This document shows, piece by piece, positions 10,392 to 20,119 of a stretch of DNA of 64,000 nucleotides. Made by a program: the position numbers and the translations under genes. The notes beneath the pieces were generated by a model. That model had not been told where the DNA came from and did no database searches. It was given only the letters and a program-made list of their open reading frames with translations. The DNA is taken from contig CAYQOU010000014.1 of NCBI GenBank assembly GCA_964419255.1, forward strand, positions 1,605 to 65,604, in the 5' to 3' direction. Every line of letters begins with the position of its first letter. Positions within the stretch are counted from its first letter, which is position 1. Origin of the DNA: an uncultured Fibrobacterota bacterium (lineage in GTDB: Bacteria; Fibrobacterota; Chitinivibrionia; Chitinivibrionales; CAYFVL01).

Positions 10392-11487
10392 ATGCCGGAA
10401 ATTGATATGGAAAAATTGGGAGATTTTCGCAAAAGAATCCAAAATCTTAGGGGGTATCTTTGAAATAGATACCAAAAAAGAGAAGCTGCAAGCTCTGGAG
10501 GCAGAGAGCACCAGAGGTGAGTTTTGGGATGATCCCGATACCGCACAGAAGGTACTCAAGAAGGTAAAAGGGCTCAAATCTACTATAGAACCGTGGGAGA
10601 ATGCGAAAACGGAGTGCGAAGATACCATCGACCTGATACAAATGGCTCAGGAAGAGCAAGATGAGGCCACTCTCAACGATCTGGTGCCTCAGATAGAGAA
10701 GCTGGAAAAGGAGATTCAGCACCTGGAGTTCGTTCGCAAACTCAGCGGAGAAAACGACCGGCAATCAGCTATCTTCTCCATTCACAGCGGTGCGGGAGGG
10801 ACCGAGAGCTGCGACTGGTGCGATATGCTTTATCGCATGTATGTCAGATGGATAGAAAACAAAGGATTCTCCTATACAATTATAGACATCCTTCCCGGTG
10901 AAGAGGCCGGACTCAAGAGTGTTACTCTGGAAGTGGAAGGCGAATATGCGTATGGGCATCTCAAAGCCGAATCCGGAGTTCACCGTCTGGTGAGAATTTC
11001 TCCTTTCGACTCCAATGCCCGCAGACACACCTCTTTTGCTTCGGTGTTTGCTTATCCGGTCATCGAAGAGGTTGATGATGTAGAGATCGAAGATAAGGAT
11101 TTGCGTATCGATACCTACCGGGCAAGCGGGGCCGGCGGACAGCACGTCAACAAGACGGATTCCGCTGTGCGAATTACGCATATTCCCACCGGCATCGTTG
11201 TACAATGCCAAAACGAGCGCTCTCAGATGAAAAACAGAGCAACTGCAATGCGTCTTTTGAAATCCAGGGTAAAACAGCTCTACCGCGAGCAGGAGGAAAA
11301 GGAGCGCAGCGACAAACTTGCAGATAAGAAAAAGATCGAATGGGGCAGCCAAATCCGGTCGTATGTGCTACATCCCTACAACATGGTTAAGGATCACCGT
11401 ACCAATACTGAGACATCCAATACCCAGGCGGTTTTGGATGGGAATATAGATCAGTTCATAGAAAACTATCTACTGCAGTTTCAATGA
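10392..11487 (+). CDS. prfB: peptide chain release factor 2, made by programmed +1 frameshift (join 10392..10460, 10462..11487)
   Basis: Frame-0 leader MPEIDMEKLGDFRKRIQNLRGYL ends at in-frame TGA 10461-10463. The +1 frame continues EIDTKKEKLQALE...SPF...GGQHVN (GGQ motif). AAAGGAG lies upstream of ATG 10392. Confidence 0.95.
10449..10463 (+). other. prfB +1 frameshift cassette (internal SD-like AGGGGG, slippery CTT, TGA)
   Basis: The sequence AGGGGGTATCTTTGA matches the classical E. coli RF2 recoding site base for base. Confidence 0.9.
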
Positions 11488-11491
11488 TGGT

Positions 11492-11512
11492 AAGGGGGAT
11501 TTATTCCCCCTT
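11492..11512. terminator. shared hairpin between convergent prfB and the STAS gene
   Basis: 8-bp stem AAGGGGGA/TCCCCCTT with loop TTTAT, starting 5 nt after the prfB stop and overlapping the last codons of the minus-strand STAS gene. Confidence 0.45.
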
Positions 11513-11827
11513 ATTTACGTCCGATCTGTTTTCAATGATCGTAAAGATTGTATCCAGTCGGGTCAATCGAAGCAGATCTTTCAAAACGGGCCGGGGGCTT
11601 AAAAGAAGGATCTCGATACTTCGCGCATCACATTTTCTCTTGGCATCAAGCAGAAGTTTTAATCCGCTCGAATCGCACTCACTAACCGCCTCAAGATCAA
11701 GGATGAGCTTTCTGGTAGTTTCTTGCGAAATGTAAGGCTCCAGCTCCTGTCGAATGCGGTCGGCATTACCAAAATGAAGCCTTTCACCGAAACGATACGT
11801 TCGTATAGCATCTCCAGTGCTCTTCAT
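11501..11827 (-). CDS. STAS-domain protein (anti-sigma-factor antagonist, SpoIIAA-like)
   Basis: 108 aa. The DLEAVSECDSSGLKLLL motif includes the conserved Ser. Size and pattern are typical of single-domain STAS proteins. Confidence 0.8.
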   Translation of the reverse strand: MKSTGDAIRTYRFGERLHFGNADRIRQELEPYISQETTRKLILDLEAVSECDSSGLKLLLDAKRKCDARSIEILLLSPRPVLKDLLRLTRLDTIFTIIENRSDVNKGE

Positions 11828-11879
11828 TTTTCGGCTCCCTACATTTTTATCTGAGTAAAAACCTTCGATTTACAACCGT

Positions 11880-14800
11880 TTACTCTTGATAGATATCCAG
11901 ATAGGCCTCGCCCATAAAACCAGAGGCCCTGCCATTCATTCGCAAGAGATTATCCATGGTATTGGATACGCGAACAACCAGTTCATTGCGGCGTTTCTCA
12001 CAGATATCGGTGATATCCACTTCGAGCGGATGCCACTTAAGCACACCCAGGTCCTTGCTGTTCAGGGTTACGTGAACAGGACCGGTTGCCTGTGAAAACT
12101 TTAAAACTATACGGCTAAATTGCGTCGGGACTTCAAAATCCTGCGAATAGATACCAACACCGCTAAAATAGGGATAACCATGACGGGTCCAGGAATCATA
12201 TCCGACCATCGAGGCCGGTTCGTCTATAGTCCAGCCTTTAGCTCCCTTGCTGATGGAGAAATCTCCGGCAATTACGGGAGGATATATCATTGGTTGCGGA
12301 TCACTGTATTCTCCGACGGATCTAAATGAGATCCGGTTAACTCCATTGAGAATATAGTCTCTCAAATCATACTTTAGTGCTCGACTCCCGCAATACTTAC
12401 CCCAGGCTGGAATCGGCTCATCGGGGTTTTGCCCCTGAGCATTGTATGGTTGGATGGTTGCACCATTTATGGCGATCTCATATGAGCCACCCAGAGTAGC
12501 GGACTGACGGGAATCGTTTATTCCACACAAGACTAACACGCATATCTCAGGAATATGCTTGATTTCAAAATAGGCTTCACTGTAATGTGAATACCCCCCG
12601 GTCTCTCTACTCAAACCGATACGCATATTCCAGTTTGCCAGGGGTAACACGTTGAGCGAATCGGGTAGAAAACTCCACTTATCCTTCAGCATTATGCGGT
12701 ATTTACGGGCAGTTGTACGATATTTATTCACCGGATGATCAGGGGAGACTATTGCAAGCTCTTCAAGATCATCCGCAACCGCAAGAAGATAGGTCTGTTT
12801 CGGATCAAACGAAAGACCGAAAACCGTTTGGTTCGCCTCATTGCGGATATCTTCGATTTTATATAGTTCGCCTTCATTACAGTCGACAAGTGCAACTTGT
12901 TTCCCGGCAGGCAGCTCTATTTCCGCATAATAATCCGCTCTATCGGCGGTATTGTGAATAAGAATTTGATCGTAGTGGGTGTTTGATATAAATGAGCTAT
13001 ACAGGTCCTGACAACTCTTCCCATTCACCAGGATTTTTGCCGGACAGCTAACTCCCTGAAGAGTATCGCACACCTCCTCCACAGGCTTTACATGGACGCA
13101 GCTACGCTTTGTCCGCACCAGTTTCTCCACTCTGTCGGTAAAAACCTCGCTGATACCATCCTCAAGACATCCGACCGGCGGCTCGTCAATAAACACGATG
13201 GTGCCTTTCTTCACCGACACCTTTTCCAGGAACACAAGCAGGCTCTTGCTGATATATCGGGCGTAGGGTATGATTACGGCCTGATAATTGCCTTTCCGAA
13301 TCCTGTCGGCGGCCCCAAACTCGCCGTTAACCCGCACAGAACAGGAAAGGAGACGAGATTCGCTAATTATATCGTATGGAATATTCTCGCCTTCCAGGCT
13401 GTTGGTGATCTTGCGCAAATTAGTCGATGCGGTCTCGGCCGACTCATTGTTATTCGGTATATATTCTGCCATAATCGACGCACTCGGCATCACCACCGCA
13501 ACCGATCTGACGACATGAAGATCGGGCTGACTGTTTGCCTCTGCCAGATGGGTAGCATATCCACACAGATCTTTTATTTGATCCCACCCCGGATAATACC
13601 AGTTAGGATTAATCGGGGTGCGAACCTGATTGCGATGTTCGATATTAAAGTACATGCCGTCGATAAGAATTTTAGTCGGCCCGTTGAGCATGGCGCAATC
13701 GATCTCATTTTTCAGGCTCTGCACCGTTGCCCCATCACCCATGCGATTACGTCCTATAACGGTTACCGTCTCCCTGCGGTATTCAACCGTATTGGCATCT
13801 GCCATCATACGCAAAATATGATAATTCTGATCCGTCCCCTCCTGATTCTGAATACCCACGGAGCTCAATGTTATGGAAGGAATACAGAACTGCTCCAGCA
13901 GTACACCATCGGAGCGGAGAATATCCCTCTCCGGAGTCAGAACCCACTGGGAGAGACGATATTTTTTTGCCCATGCTTCCAGTTGTCCGGCAAATCGCTC
14001 ATACATGGATTGTGACATGTAGTTATAAAAATGACTGCGACTACGCACGGATTTCTCGTCAACATCGAAAAACAATCCCGGAAGAATCTTGAGAAGATCC
14101 CGTTTGTATTTCGATCGGTACTTGACGACAAGATCATCATCCCATGGAATACTGTTTTCTGCCGGTAAAACTGCCGGCATCTCGGTGATAAACCCTTCCA
14201 GCGTAGTGGGGATGTATTTGGAAAAGGTGGCTTTCAGAGGTTCCAGCACATTCTGTATGTATGCCTGCGCAGCTTTCGGATTGAACGGGTTAGGAATATA
14301 ATGCCCAGCCGGATCGATCAGAAATGATTTTCTGAAAACCATTACACGGGTGTCTTGTGAGCCAGCCTGAAAAGTGATCTGATTTTGCTGCGGATGGATC
14401 TCCTTGCAGCTGTCCAGATCGACCTGACCATTGGGATAGGAATGCGCGGCAAGAATTATCATCTCATCGGGCCGCTCCACAGACATGACAAACTCTGCTT
14501 TAGCCTCAATCAATTTTGTGTATTCAAGAGTAATCGTCTGCGATCGCAGAGAGCTTTGTTTCTGGGCAGGCTCCTGAAAGAATCCATTACACGGTAGTGA
14601 AAAATCGTCGGCAATACGCACCCCTATGCCGGCACTCTCTGCCATCGAACAGACCGTCTCAAGGCGAGATATGTATTCTTCAGACAAATAGGCAGGTGAC
14701 ATTTCGGTACCTGGCCTTATTGCCACACCACCAAAGCCAAACTCAATAAACGACGTTAACTGCTGAGCCAGTTCCAGCTCCGTAATCTCCCGATTCCAGA

Positions 14801-14885
14801 TCCAAAGAGCCCAGGGTTTGGATTCTCTCCGAGGATTTCTGAGCGCGGTCTTGAGGTTTTTCAAAGCGGTCTCCTGCTGGTTCAT
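11880..14885 (-). CDS. large cytoplasmic glycoside-hydrolase-like protein (TIM-barrel-like N-terminus, GH2-type sugar-binding jelly-roll-like C-terminus)
   Basis: The ORF-track start (14945) is a TTG, so the first ATG (14885, MNQQETALKN) is used here. No signal peptide. N-terminal KPWALWIWNREITELELAQQLTSFIEFGFGGVAIRPG resembles rhamnosidase/GH106-like proteins. C-terminal FEVPTQFSRIVLKFSQATGPVHVTLNSKDLG resembles sugar-binding jelly rolls. Function is uncertain. Confidence 0.45.
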   Translation of the reverse strand: MNQQETALKNLKTALRNPRRESKPWALWIWNREITELELAQQLTSFIEFGFGGVAIRPGTEMSPAYLSEEYISRLETVCSMAESAGIGVRIADDFSLPCNGFFQEPAQKQSSLRSQTITLEYTKLIEAKAEFVMSVERPDEMIILAAHSYPNGQVDLDSCKEIHPQQNQITFQAGSQDTRVMVFRKSFLIDPAGHYIPNPFNPKAAQAYIQNVLEPLKATFSKYIPTTLEGFITEMPAVLPAENSIPWDDDLVVKYRSKYKRDLLKILPGLFFDVDEKSVRSRSHFYNYMSQSMYERFAGQLEAWAKKYRLSQWVLTPERDILRSDGVLLEQFCIPSITLSSVGIQNQEGTDQNYHILRMMADANTVEYRRETVTVIGRNRMGDGATVQSLKNEIDCAMLNGPTKILIDGMYFNIEHRNQVRTPINPNWYYPGWDQIKDLCGYATHLAEANSQPDLHVVRSVAVVMPSASIMAEYIPNNNESAETASTNLRKITNSLEGENIPYDIISESRLLSCSVRVNGEFGAADRIRKGNYQAVIIPYARYISKSLLVFLEKVSVKKGTIVFIDEPPVGCLEDGISEVFTDRVEKLVRTKRSCVHVKPVEEVCDTLQGVSCPAKILVNGKSCQDLYSSFISNTHYDQILIHNTADRADYYAEIELPAGKQVALVDCNEGELYKIEDIRNEANQTVFGLSFDPKQTYLLAVADDLEELAIVSPDHPVNKYRTTARKYRIMLKDKWSFLPDSLNVLPLANWNMRIGLSRETGGYSHYSEAYFEIKHIPEICVLVLCGINDSRQSATLGGSYEIAINGATIQPYNAQGQNPDEPIPAWGKYCGSRALKYDLRDYILNGVNRISFRSVGEYSDPQPMIYPPVIAGDFSISKGAKGWTIDEPASMVGYDSWTRHGYPYFSGVGIYSQDFEVPTQFSRIVLKFSQATGPVHVTLNSKDLGVLKWHPLEVDITDICEKRRNELVVRVSNTMDNLLRMNGRASGFMGEAYLDIYQE

Positions 14886-15150
14886 ACACACTATGAGGAC
14901 GGGACACAATTCACTCAAATTACATAATACCGGGTGGCTCGTCAATTAATTTAACGCAGCCGGCGGCCGCACCATAACTGTATTCTTTTGATTTGTATAT
15001 AGTTATGAGCTTTACCCATTCTTGTGCTTTAAGTAAAGAAAACAAGTTTATATTTCACATTTCTTTCTGACCTGCCCTCGATCTGTTGATCTAATCGGCT
15101 TTGGTATCGTCTGCAATCGGATGCCAAGCTCGGGTCAGGGGATTAAATGA

Positions 15151-15657
15151 TTATTGACTCTTCCCCAGGGAGTTTAGCGCAAACCCGACTGCTTGGCCTG
15201 GATCGAAAGCTTCCTTGAAATAGGCACTGTCAACCCGTCCGATTTTTTTCAAATCCCAGCTGCCGGGCATACATACTACAGTCTTTTTCAGGTTCAGGGA
15301 GAGCGCAATTTCGCTTAAAGTGCCAAAAGCCCCCGGAAAAGCAATAATAACGTCCGACGAACGGACAACCAGAATGTTCCTTCCAATACCGAAGCCGGTT
15401 GGAATAACTACAGTACAATACGGATTGGCTGCATCTTTGTCTTCTCCGGGAAGCAGCCCTACGACCACACCACCATTCTCCCAGGCCCCCTTTGCAGCAG
15501 CCTCCATGATTCCTCCCAACCCGCCACACACAAGCACGACACCGTTGCGTGCAATATGAGCCCCCACTTCCGCAGCCGCCTGCTGCAGTTTCGGATTTGC
15601 ATCACCTCCACCGATAACCCCGATCGCAGTCAGGGGCTTTTTCGCAGCCATACTCAT
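15151..15657 (-). CDS. TIGR00725/LOG-like (SLOG) Rossmann-fold protein
   Basis: 168 aa. Motifs IGVIGGG, LVCGGLGGIMEAAAKGA and PGAFGTLSE are typical of the TIGR00725/lysine-decarboxylase-like family. Confidence 0.75.
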   Translation of the reverse strand: MSMAAKKPLTAIGVIGGGDANPKLQQAAAEVGAHIARNGVVLVCGGLGGIMEAAAKGAWENGGVVVGLLPGEDKDAANPYCTVVIPTGFGIGRNILVVRSSDVIIAFPGAFGTLSEIALSLNLKKTVVCMPGSWDLKKIGRVDSAYFKEAFDPGQAVGFALNSLGKSQ

Positions 15658-15683
15658 CTCCCAGTCACGCCAAATAAGTATCC

Positions 15684-16100
15684 CTATTCACCTATTATTT
15701 TGATCAGCACCCGCTTGTCGCGCCGACCATCGAATTCACCATAAAAGATCTGCTCCCAGGGACCCAAATCCAGCCTGCCCTCGGTTATGGCCACCACGAC
15801 TTCCCGACCCATCACCTGACGCTTCAGATGTGCATCACCGTTGTCCTCAAAACCATTGTGACGGTACTGAGAGACAGGCTCATGAGGAGCAAGCCTCTCA
15901 AGCCAATCATCATAATCCTGTAATAAACCCGGCTCGTCATCATTGATATAGACGCTTGCGGTTATGTGCATCGCATTAACCAGACACAGTCCTTCTCCGA
16001 CTCCACTTCGGGTAATCGCATCGGTTACCTGAGATGTGATATTCACATATCCGCGCCGCTGAGGAACATTAAAGGTCAAGGTCTGCCTGTAAGATTTCAT
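15684..16100 (-). CDS. yjbQ: YjbQ/UPF0047 family protein (secondary thiamine-phosphate synthase type)
   Basis: 138 aa. Contains [27 protein letters not shown] and [12 protein letters not shown]. Its ATG overlaps the pgi stop (ATGA). Confidence 0.85.
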   Translation of the reverse strand: MKSYRQTLTFNVPQRRGYVNITSQVTDAITRSGVGEGLCLVNAMHITASVYINDDEPGLLQDYDDWLERLAPHEPVSQYRHNGFEDNGDAHLKRQVMGREVVVAITEGRLDLGPWEQIFYGEFDGRRDKRVLIKIIGE

Positions 16101-17443
16101 GATTCCAGATCCTTGATTTTTTCTGCCAACGTCTTGCCCTGCTTCTCAAACCCGGGCTTCTGCAGAAGCGCAAACATGTTCTTTTTGTATGCTTCAACAC
16201 CGGGCTGATCAAAAGGATTGACCCGCAACATATACCCGGATAAACCAATTGCCTTTTCGAAGAAATAAAACAGCTGTCCAAGAGTCGCAGCAGAGCGGTC
16301 TTCCAGATAGATATTAGCTGCCGGTACGCCACCGTCTATGTGCGCCAGAAAGGTTGCCTTATGGGCATTTTCGTTTATCTGCTCGAAACTCTTTCCAGCA
16401 AGATAATTGAGCCCGTCCAGATCGGACTCGCCCCCGGGGACCGTAACGGTGGATTTAGTCGATTTTAAAATCATGAATGTTTCGAATACATTCCTCAGCC
16501 CTTCCTGCATCCACTGCCCTAAAGAATGCAAGTCGGTGGTGTAGTCTACTGCTGCAGGGAATATACCGGTCTGATTTTTCCCTTCACTTTCTCCCGATAG
16601 CTGCTTCCACCACTCGCTGATAAAATGCAGCTGAGGCTGAAATCCTGCAAGCATCTCGATAACTTTGCCTCTGCGAAACAGAATGTTACGATTGGCGGCA
16701 TAGCGGGCAGCCATATTCTGCGCCAGTTTCTCACTGCTGCAATACCCCATCGCTTCACAAGCTCCGCCAAGAAGCTCCCTGATATCGATTCCCGCTACGG
16801 CAATAGGCAACAGGCCAACGGCGGTAAGAACAGAGAACCGGCCGCCTACATCCCCGGGAATCGGGAAAGTTGTATAGCCCTGCTCGGTAGCCAGCTGACG
16901 TAAAGCTCCTTTCTGTGGGTCGGTCGTGGCGATGATCCGTTTGGCAGCTTCTTTCTTCCCATAGCGCTTTTCCATCCACTCGCGAATGACCCGAAATGCA
17001 ATACCCGGCTCAGTGGTTGTACCACTTTTTGATATGCAGTTTACCGCCACTTCCTTATCATCGATAAACGTTAGAAGCTCGGAGAGATAGTCGGAATTCA
17101 CATGGTGCCCTAAGAAGATAACCCTCGGCTTGCGCATATCTTCAAAAGACGGACTAAGAAACTCGATGGCAGACTTGGCACCCAGGTAGGAGCCACCTAT
17201 TCCTATACAGATAAATACATCCGCCTTCTCACGAACCGATTGCGCGGCCTGCTCGATTGCAGAGATATCCTGGTTTGAGGTGTTTTCGGGAAGTTTTAAC
17301 CACCCCAGAAAGTCGTTGCCCTGTCCCGTTGCCTGCTGGAGCTGTTTCTCTGCGGCTGCCGCCGCCCCTTCATACCCTTCCAACTCAGTCGGCTTAATCC
17401 ATTGTTTCAATCCACGATCATCATATACCACCCGCTGAGCCAT
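16097..17443 (-). CDS. pgi: glucose-6-phosphate isomerase (short, about 450-aa type)
   Basis: 448 aa. Contains [40 protein letters not shown] and [12 protein letters not shown]. Confidence 0.9.
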   Translation of the reverse strand: MAQRVVYDDRGLKQWIKPTELEGYEGAAAAAEKQLQQATGQGNDFLGWLKLPENTSNQDISAIEQAAQSVREKADVFICIGIGGSYLGAKSAIEFLSPSFEDMRKPRVIFLGHHVNSDYLSELLTFIDDKEVAVNCISKSGTTTEPGIAFRVIREWMEKRYGKKEAAKRIIATTDPQKGALRQLATEQGYTTFPIPGDVGGRFSVLTAVGLLPIAVAGIDIRELLGGACEAMGYCSSEKLAQNMAARYAANRNILFRRGKVIEMLAGFQPQLHFISEWWKQLSGESEGKNQTGIFPAAVDYTTDLHSLGQWMQEGLRNVFETFMILKSTKSTVTVPGGESDLDGLNYLAGKSFEQINENAHKATFLAHIDGGVPAANIYLEDRSAATLGQLFYFFEKAIGLSGYMLRVNPFDQPGVEAYKKNMFALLQKPGFEKQGKTLAEKIKDLES

Positions 17444-17464
17444 AGAGAACCCCTTCCATTTTAG

Positions 17465-18847
17465 TTATAGTACTTTATCTATCAGATTCTTATCTCTAAC
17501 AATCGGTTTTGATATAGTCATCATAATCTGTCCGTTTTTAAACATGGACACCATACCCGTCGACTCCGATACCGTTATTGCTAAGGCATTGGTGCAGGCG
17601 GTGATTCCCGCTGCAGCTGCATGCCGGGCACCAAATCCGCTTGGTAAGGATTCGACCTCCGCCTGCGGCCGTAAATAACTGCCCGCCGACAATACAATAC
17701 CGTCACCCGTGATTATAAAGGCACCATCAATTGCGCCGAATTCCTTTATCGTCTCCCCCAGTCCAGGATCGAGGATATTTCTCTCAGCCTCACTATAGCC
17801 ACGAAACGGATTGATGATCAACTGGCGAACATAGCCGTTGACGATGTTGGTATCCCCTATCACGAATATCGTCCCTATGGGTTTACCTTCACGACCCTCT
17901 ACGGCAATTTCTCCGGCCAACCCCAGAACCCTCTCCAACGCTTCGGGTTTGACATCGGGGGGAAGAATATCGTGGGCAGCAGTGAAGAAGAATTCATACT
18001 CCGAGCCTACATCCAGTGAAACCACCGTGTCAAATACACCTATCCGGGAATTACCCGAAAGACAGATCACGCGATCATTCTTCGAAAGCAGGTTACGGGA
18101 CAAAGCCAGAAGGACACCGATTTTCATCTGTCCGGTACGGGATGCAGGAAAAGAGGGGGCCTGAATGAGTGCACCGATACGTTTATCTTCCGGATCGAAG
18201 CGCGTCTTATTGCTTGTCACAACAATCGTCTTTGTACTTCCCCGCAATTTGATCTGGTCAAGAAAATCATTTTCTTTCACCGCATCCGCAAAAATGACAA
18301 GCGAAGAGGCTTTTAGCTCCTTTACCAGTGAAACGGCTGAGTGTATAAGAGGATTTACTGCTTTTTTACCACCCTTGAGTTGCTTTTCCTCACTTCCTCT
18401 GCTGTACAAAGAGACCAAATCAAGCACGCTTACCGGCTCAGTAGTTGATAAGATCGCCTCTTGTACTATTTCAGACTTGAAAAAGGAAGCGATCTCAGAA
18501 AGAAGCTCAATCTGATTTCCGCTCTCAGGATCACGAGAAATGACAAGAACTATGATATGAGCGCGTGCATTTCGAGCCGCATCGTAATTCACCCCTTCAA
18601 TGCTACGCCCCACGGCAATGGCAAACGGGCTTTTTATCGTTGCTCTTGTCTGGGGAATAGCAAGCCCCTGACCGATAAATGTGGACACCGCCTCTTCACG
18701 CTTCAGCATCTCATCAATAATCGGTTTCTGTTTGCGGATGTGCATGGCACGGCTGGTTGCCTGAGCCAGCTCTCTGAGGGCCTGAACCTTATCTACGGAT
18801 TTGAGATCTACTACAACCGGAACTTTCAAATACTCATAAAAAGCCAC
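17465..18847 (-). CDS. diadenylate cyclase (DAC/DisA_N domain) with N-terminal PTS-EIIA(Ntr)-like domain and a central pyruvate-kinase-C-like region
   Basis: 460 aa, GTG start preceded by GAGGAGG. C-terminal DAC motifs: AIDGAFIITGDG, GFGARHAAAAG, TVSESTGMVSMF. The N-terminal 150 aa align by eye to PtsN-type EIIA, but with GLAIPQ where AIPH is expected. Confidence 0.8.
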   Translation of the reverse strand: MAFYEYLKVPVVVDLKSVDKVQALRELAQATSRAMHIRKQKPIIDEMLKREEAVSTFIGQGLAIPQTRATIKSPFAIAVGRSIEGVNYDAARNARAHIIVLVISRDPESGNQIELLSEIASFFKSEIVQEAILSTTEPVSVLDLVSLYSRGSEEKQLKGGKKAVNPLIHSAVSLVKELKASSLVIFADAVKENDFLDQIKLRGSTKTIVVTSNKTRFDPEDKRIGALIQAPSFPASRTGQMKIGVLLALSRNLLSKNDRVICLSGNSRIGVFDTVVSLDVGSEYEFFFTAAHDILPPDVKPEALERVLGLAGEIAVEGREGKPIGTIFVIGDTNIVNGYVRQLIINPFRGYSEAERNILDPGLGETIKEFGAIDGAFIITGDGIVLSAGSYLRPQAEVESLPSGFGARHAAAAGITACTNALAITVSESTGMVSMFKNGQIMMTISKPIVRDKNLIDKVL

Positions 18848-18858
18848 TCACTACCTCC

Positions 18859-19965
18859 TCATTTCTCAATCGAGGCTGAATAATACGCAACAATACCCGG
18901 GCGACTCACCTCTGCCGTTCCCCTGTGCACCGTAATCGACTTCATCTTCCTTAACTGCTCAATCCCTTTATCGACCAGCTCAGCATCGGATAATTTATCA
19001 ATGGAAAGACAGTTGCGCTGCTGTTCTCGGACATTTTCGACTATCGGCCTGACAGCTTCTCTGCATTCCTGCAGTGTACTGACCGGATGCTGCTGAAGGT
19101 GAGCCGCAAGGATATGTGACGGTAAAAGACGGTACAGGCGTAAAAACTTCTGATAAATTGCAGTTCCTACCTTTTGCATCGACACACGATTGGCGGAAAA
19201 AGCATCACGCGCTTTGGGCAGAAAATTGGCTTTTAAATCCACCAGATCATTTACTGCAACCGGCTTGTCGTAATCTATGTACACATTACTGTACCTGACA
19301 CCGATTCTGTTGACGACCAACAGCTTGGCGTATGCGAGGGCATCAGCGCCAAAGTAGAGCAGATCTCCAAACAAACCGTTGAGCAGCCCCTTTTTGCTTT
19401 TCAGAGATTTCCCCCTCTCCAGCATACTAAAATAGGGAAGTTCGGGAAGCTGTTCATAGGAGATGGCAAAAGGGAAAAAGACATAGTTTCTTTCAGGGGA
19501 TTGGGCCTGAGCCAGAACCTGCGCGCCGATTATCCCCCCGCGCACCTCCATCATGTTCCCTTTATAACTCCTGCCACCTTCAGGAAAAACAATAATGTTG
19601 TCACCATCATTGAGCATGGTAACAACCTGATTACACAAATCACGAAGGTAATTTTTTCCCAGCCTCTTGGCACGTCTGATAGGAAACGCACCAAAACCCT
19701 GAAACTTTTTCCCGATAACTGGCAAATCTGTCAGGTTTTCTCCTGCGGCAAACCTGATGTTCGGAACACCCATCTGATGAAGATGCCAACCCAGGATGAA
19801 ATAATCCAACTGGCTGCGGTGAGTACAGACAACCATCGTGGGATCCTTGTCCAGAGTATCGGCAGGAAGCTGGGGACCATTCAAGTAGATATTGTTGAAG
19901 GTGCGTTTCAGAAAATTTTCTACTTTGTTTGAAACGCGCCGCATTTCTTTTTCGTACGGTTTCAT
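18859..19965 (-). CDS. glycerolipid acyltransferase family protein (PlsC/GPAT-like)
   Basis: 368 aa. HXXXXD motif (THRSQLD), FPIRR, and FPEGGRSYKG. Lies 11 nt upstream of the DAC gene. Confidence 0.7.
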   Translation of the reverse strand: MKPYEKEMRRVSNKVENFLKRTFNNIYLNGPQLPADTLDKDPTMVVCTHRSQLDYFILGWHLHQMGVPNIRFAAGENLTDLPVIGKKFQGFGAFPIRRAKRLGKNYLRDLCNQVVTMLNDGDNIIVFPEGGRSYKGNMMEVRGGIIGAQVLAQAQSPERNYVFFPFAISYEQLPELPYFSMLERGKSLKSKKGLLNGLFGDLLYFGADALAYAKLLVVNRIGVRYSNVYIDYDKPVAVNDLVDLKANFLPKARDAFSANRVSMQKVGTAIYQKFLRLYRLLPSHILAAHLQQHPVSTLQECREAVRPIVENVREQQRNCLSIDKLSDAELVDKGIEQLRKMKSITVHRGTAEVSRPGIVAYYSASIEK

Positions 19966-20119
19966 ATCGCCGACCGGTTAGATAAATGGATAAAATCTTT
20001 TAAAAATAGGATTTGAGACGCCTAAATCCAAATCTCAATATTCATTTTGGCACAAAAAAAGGCCGGGAATCTCTCTCCCAGCCACAATTTAGACATGCAA
20101 AAAGGTCTAAAGGATGCTC

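Noticed and set aside
10765-11352. 195-aa ORF on the minus strand
   Set aside because: It is antisense to prfB.
13092-14015. 307-aa ORF on the plus strand
   Set aside because: It is antisense to the 1001-aa glycosidase-like gene. The product is low-complexity and His/Arg-rich with no start context.
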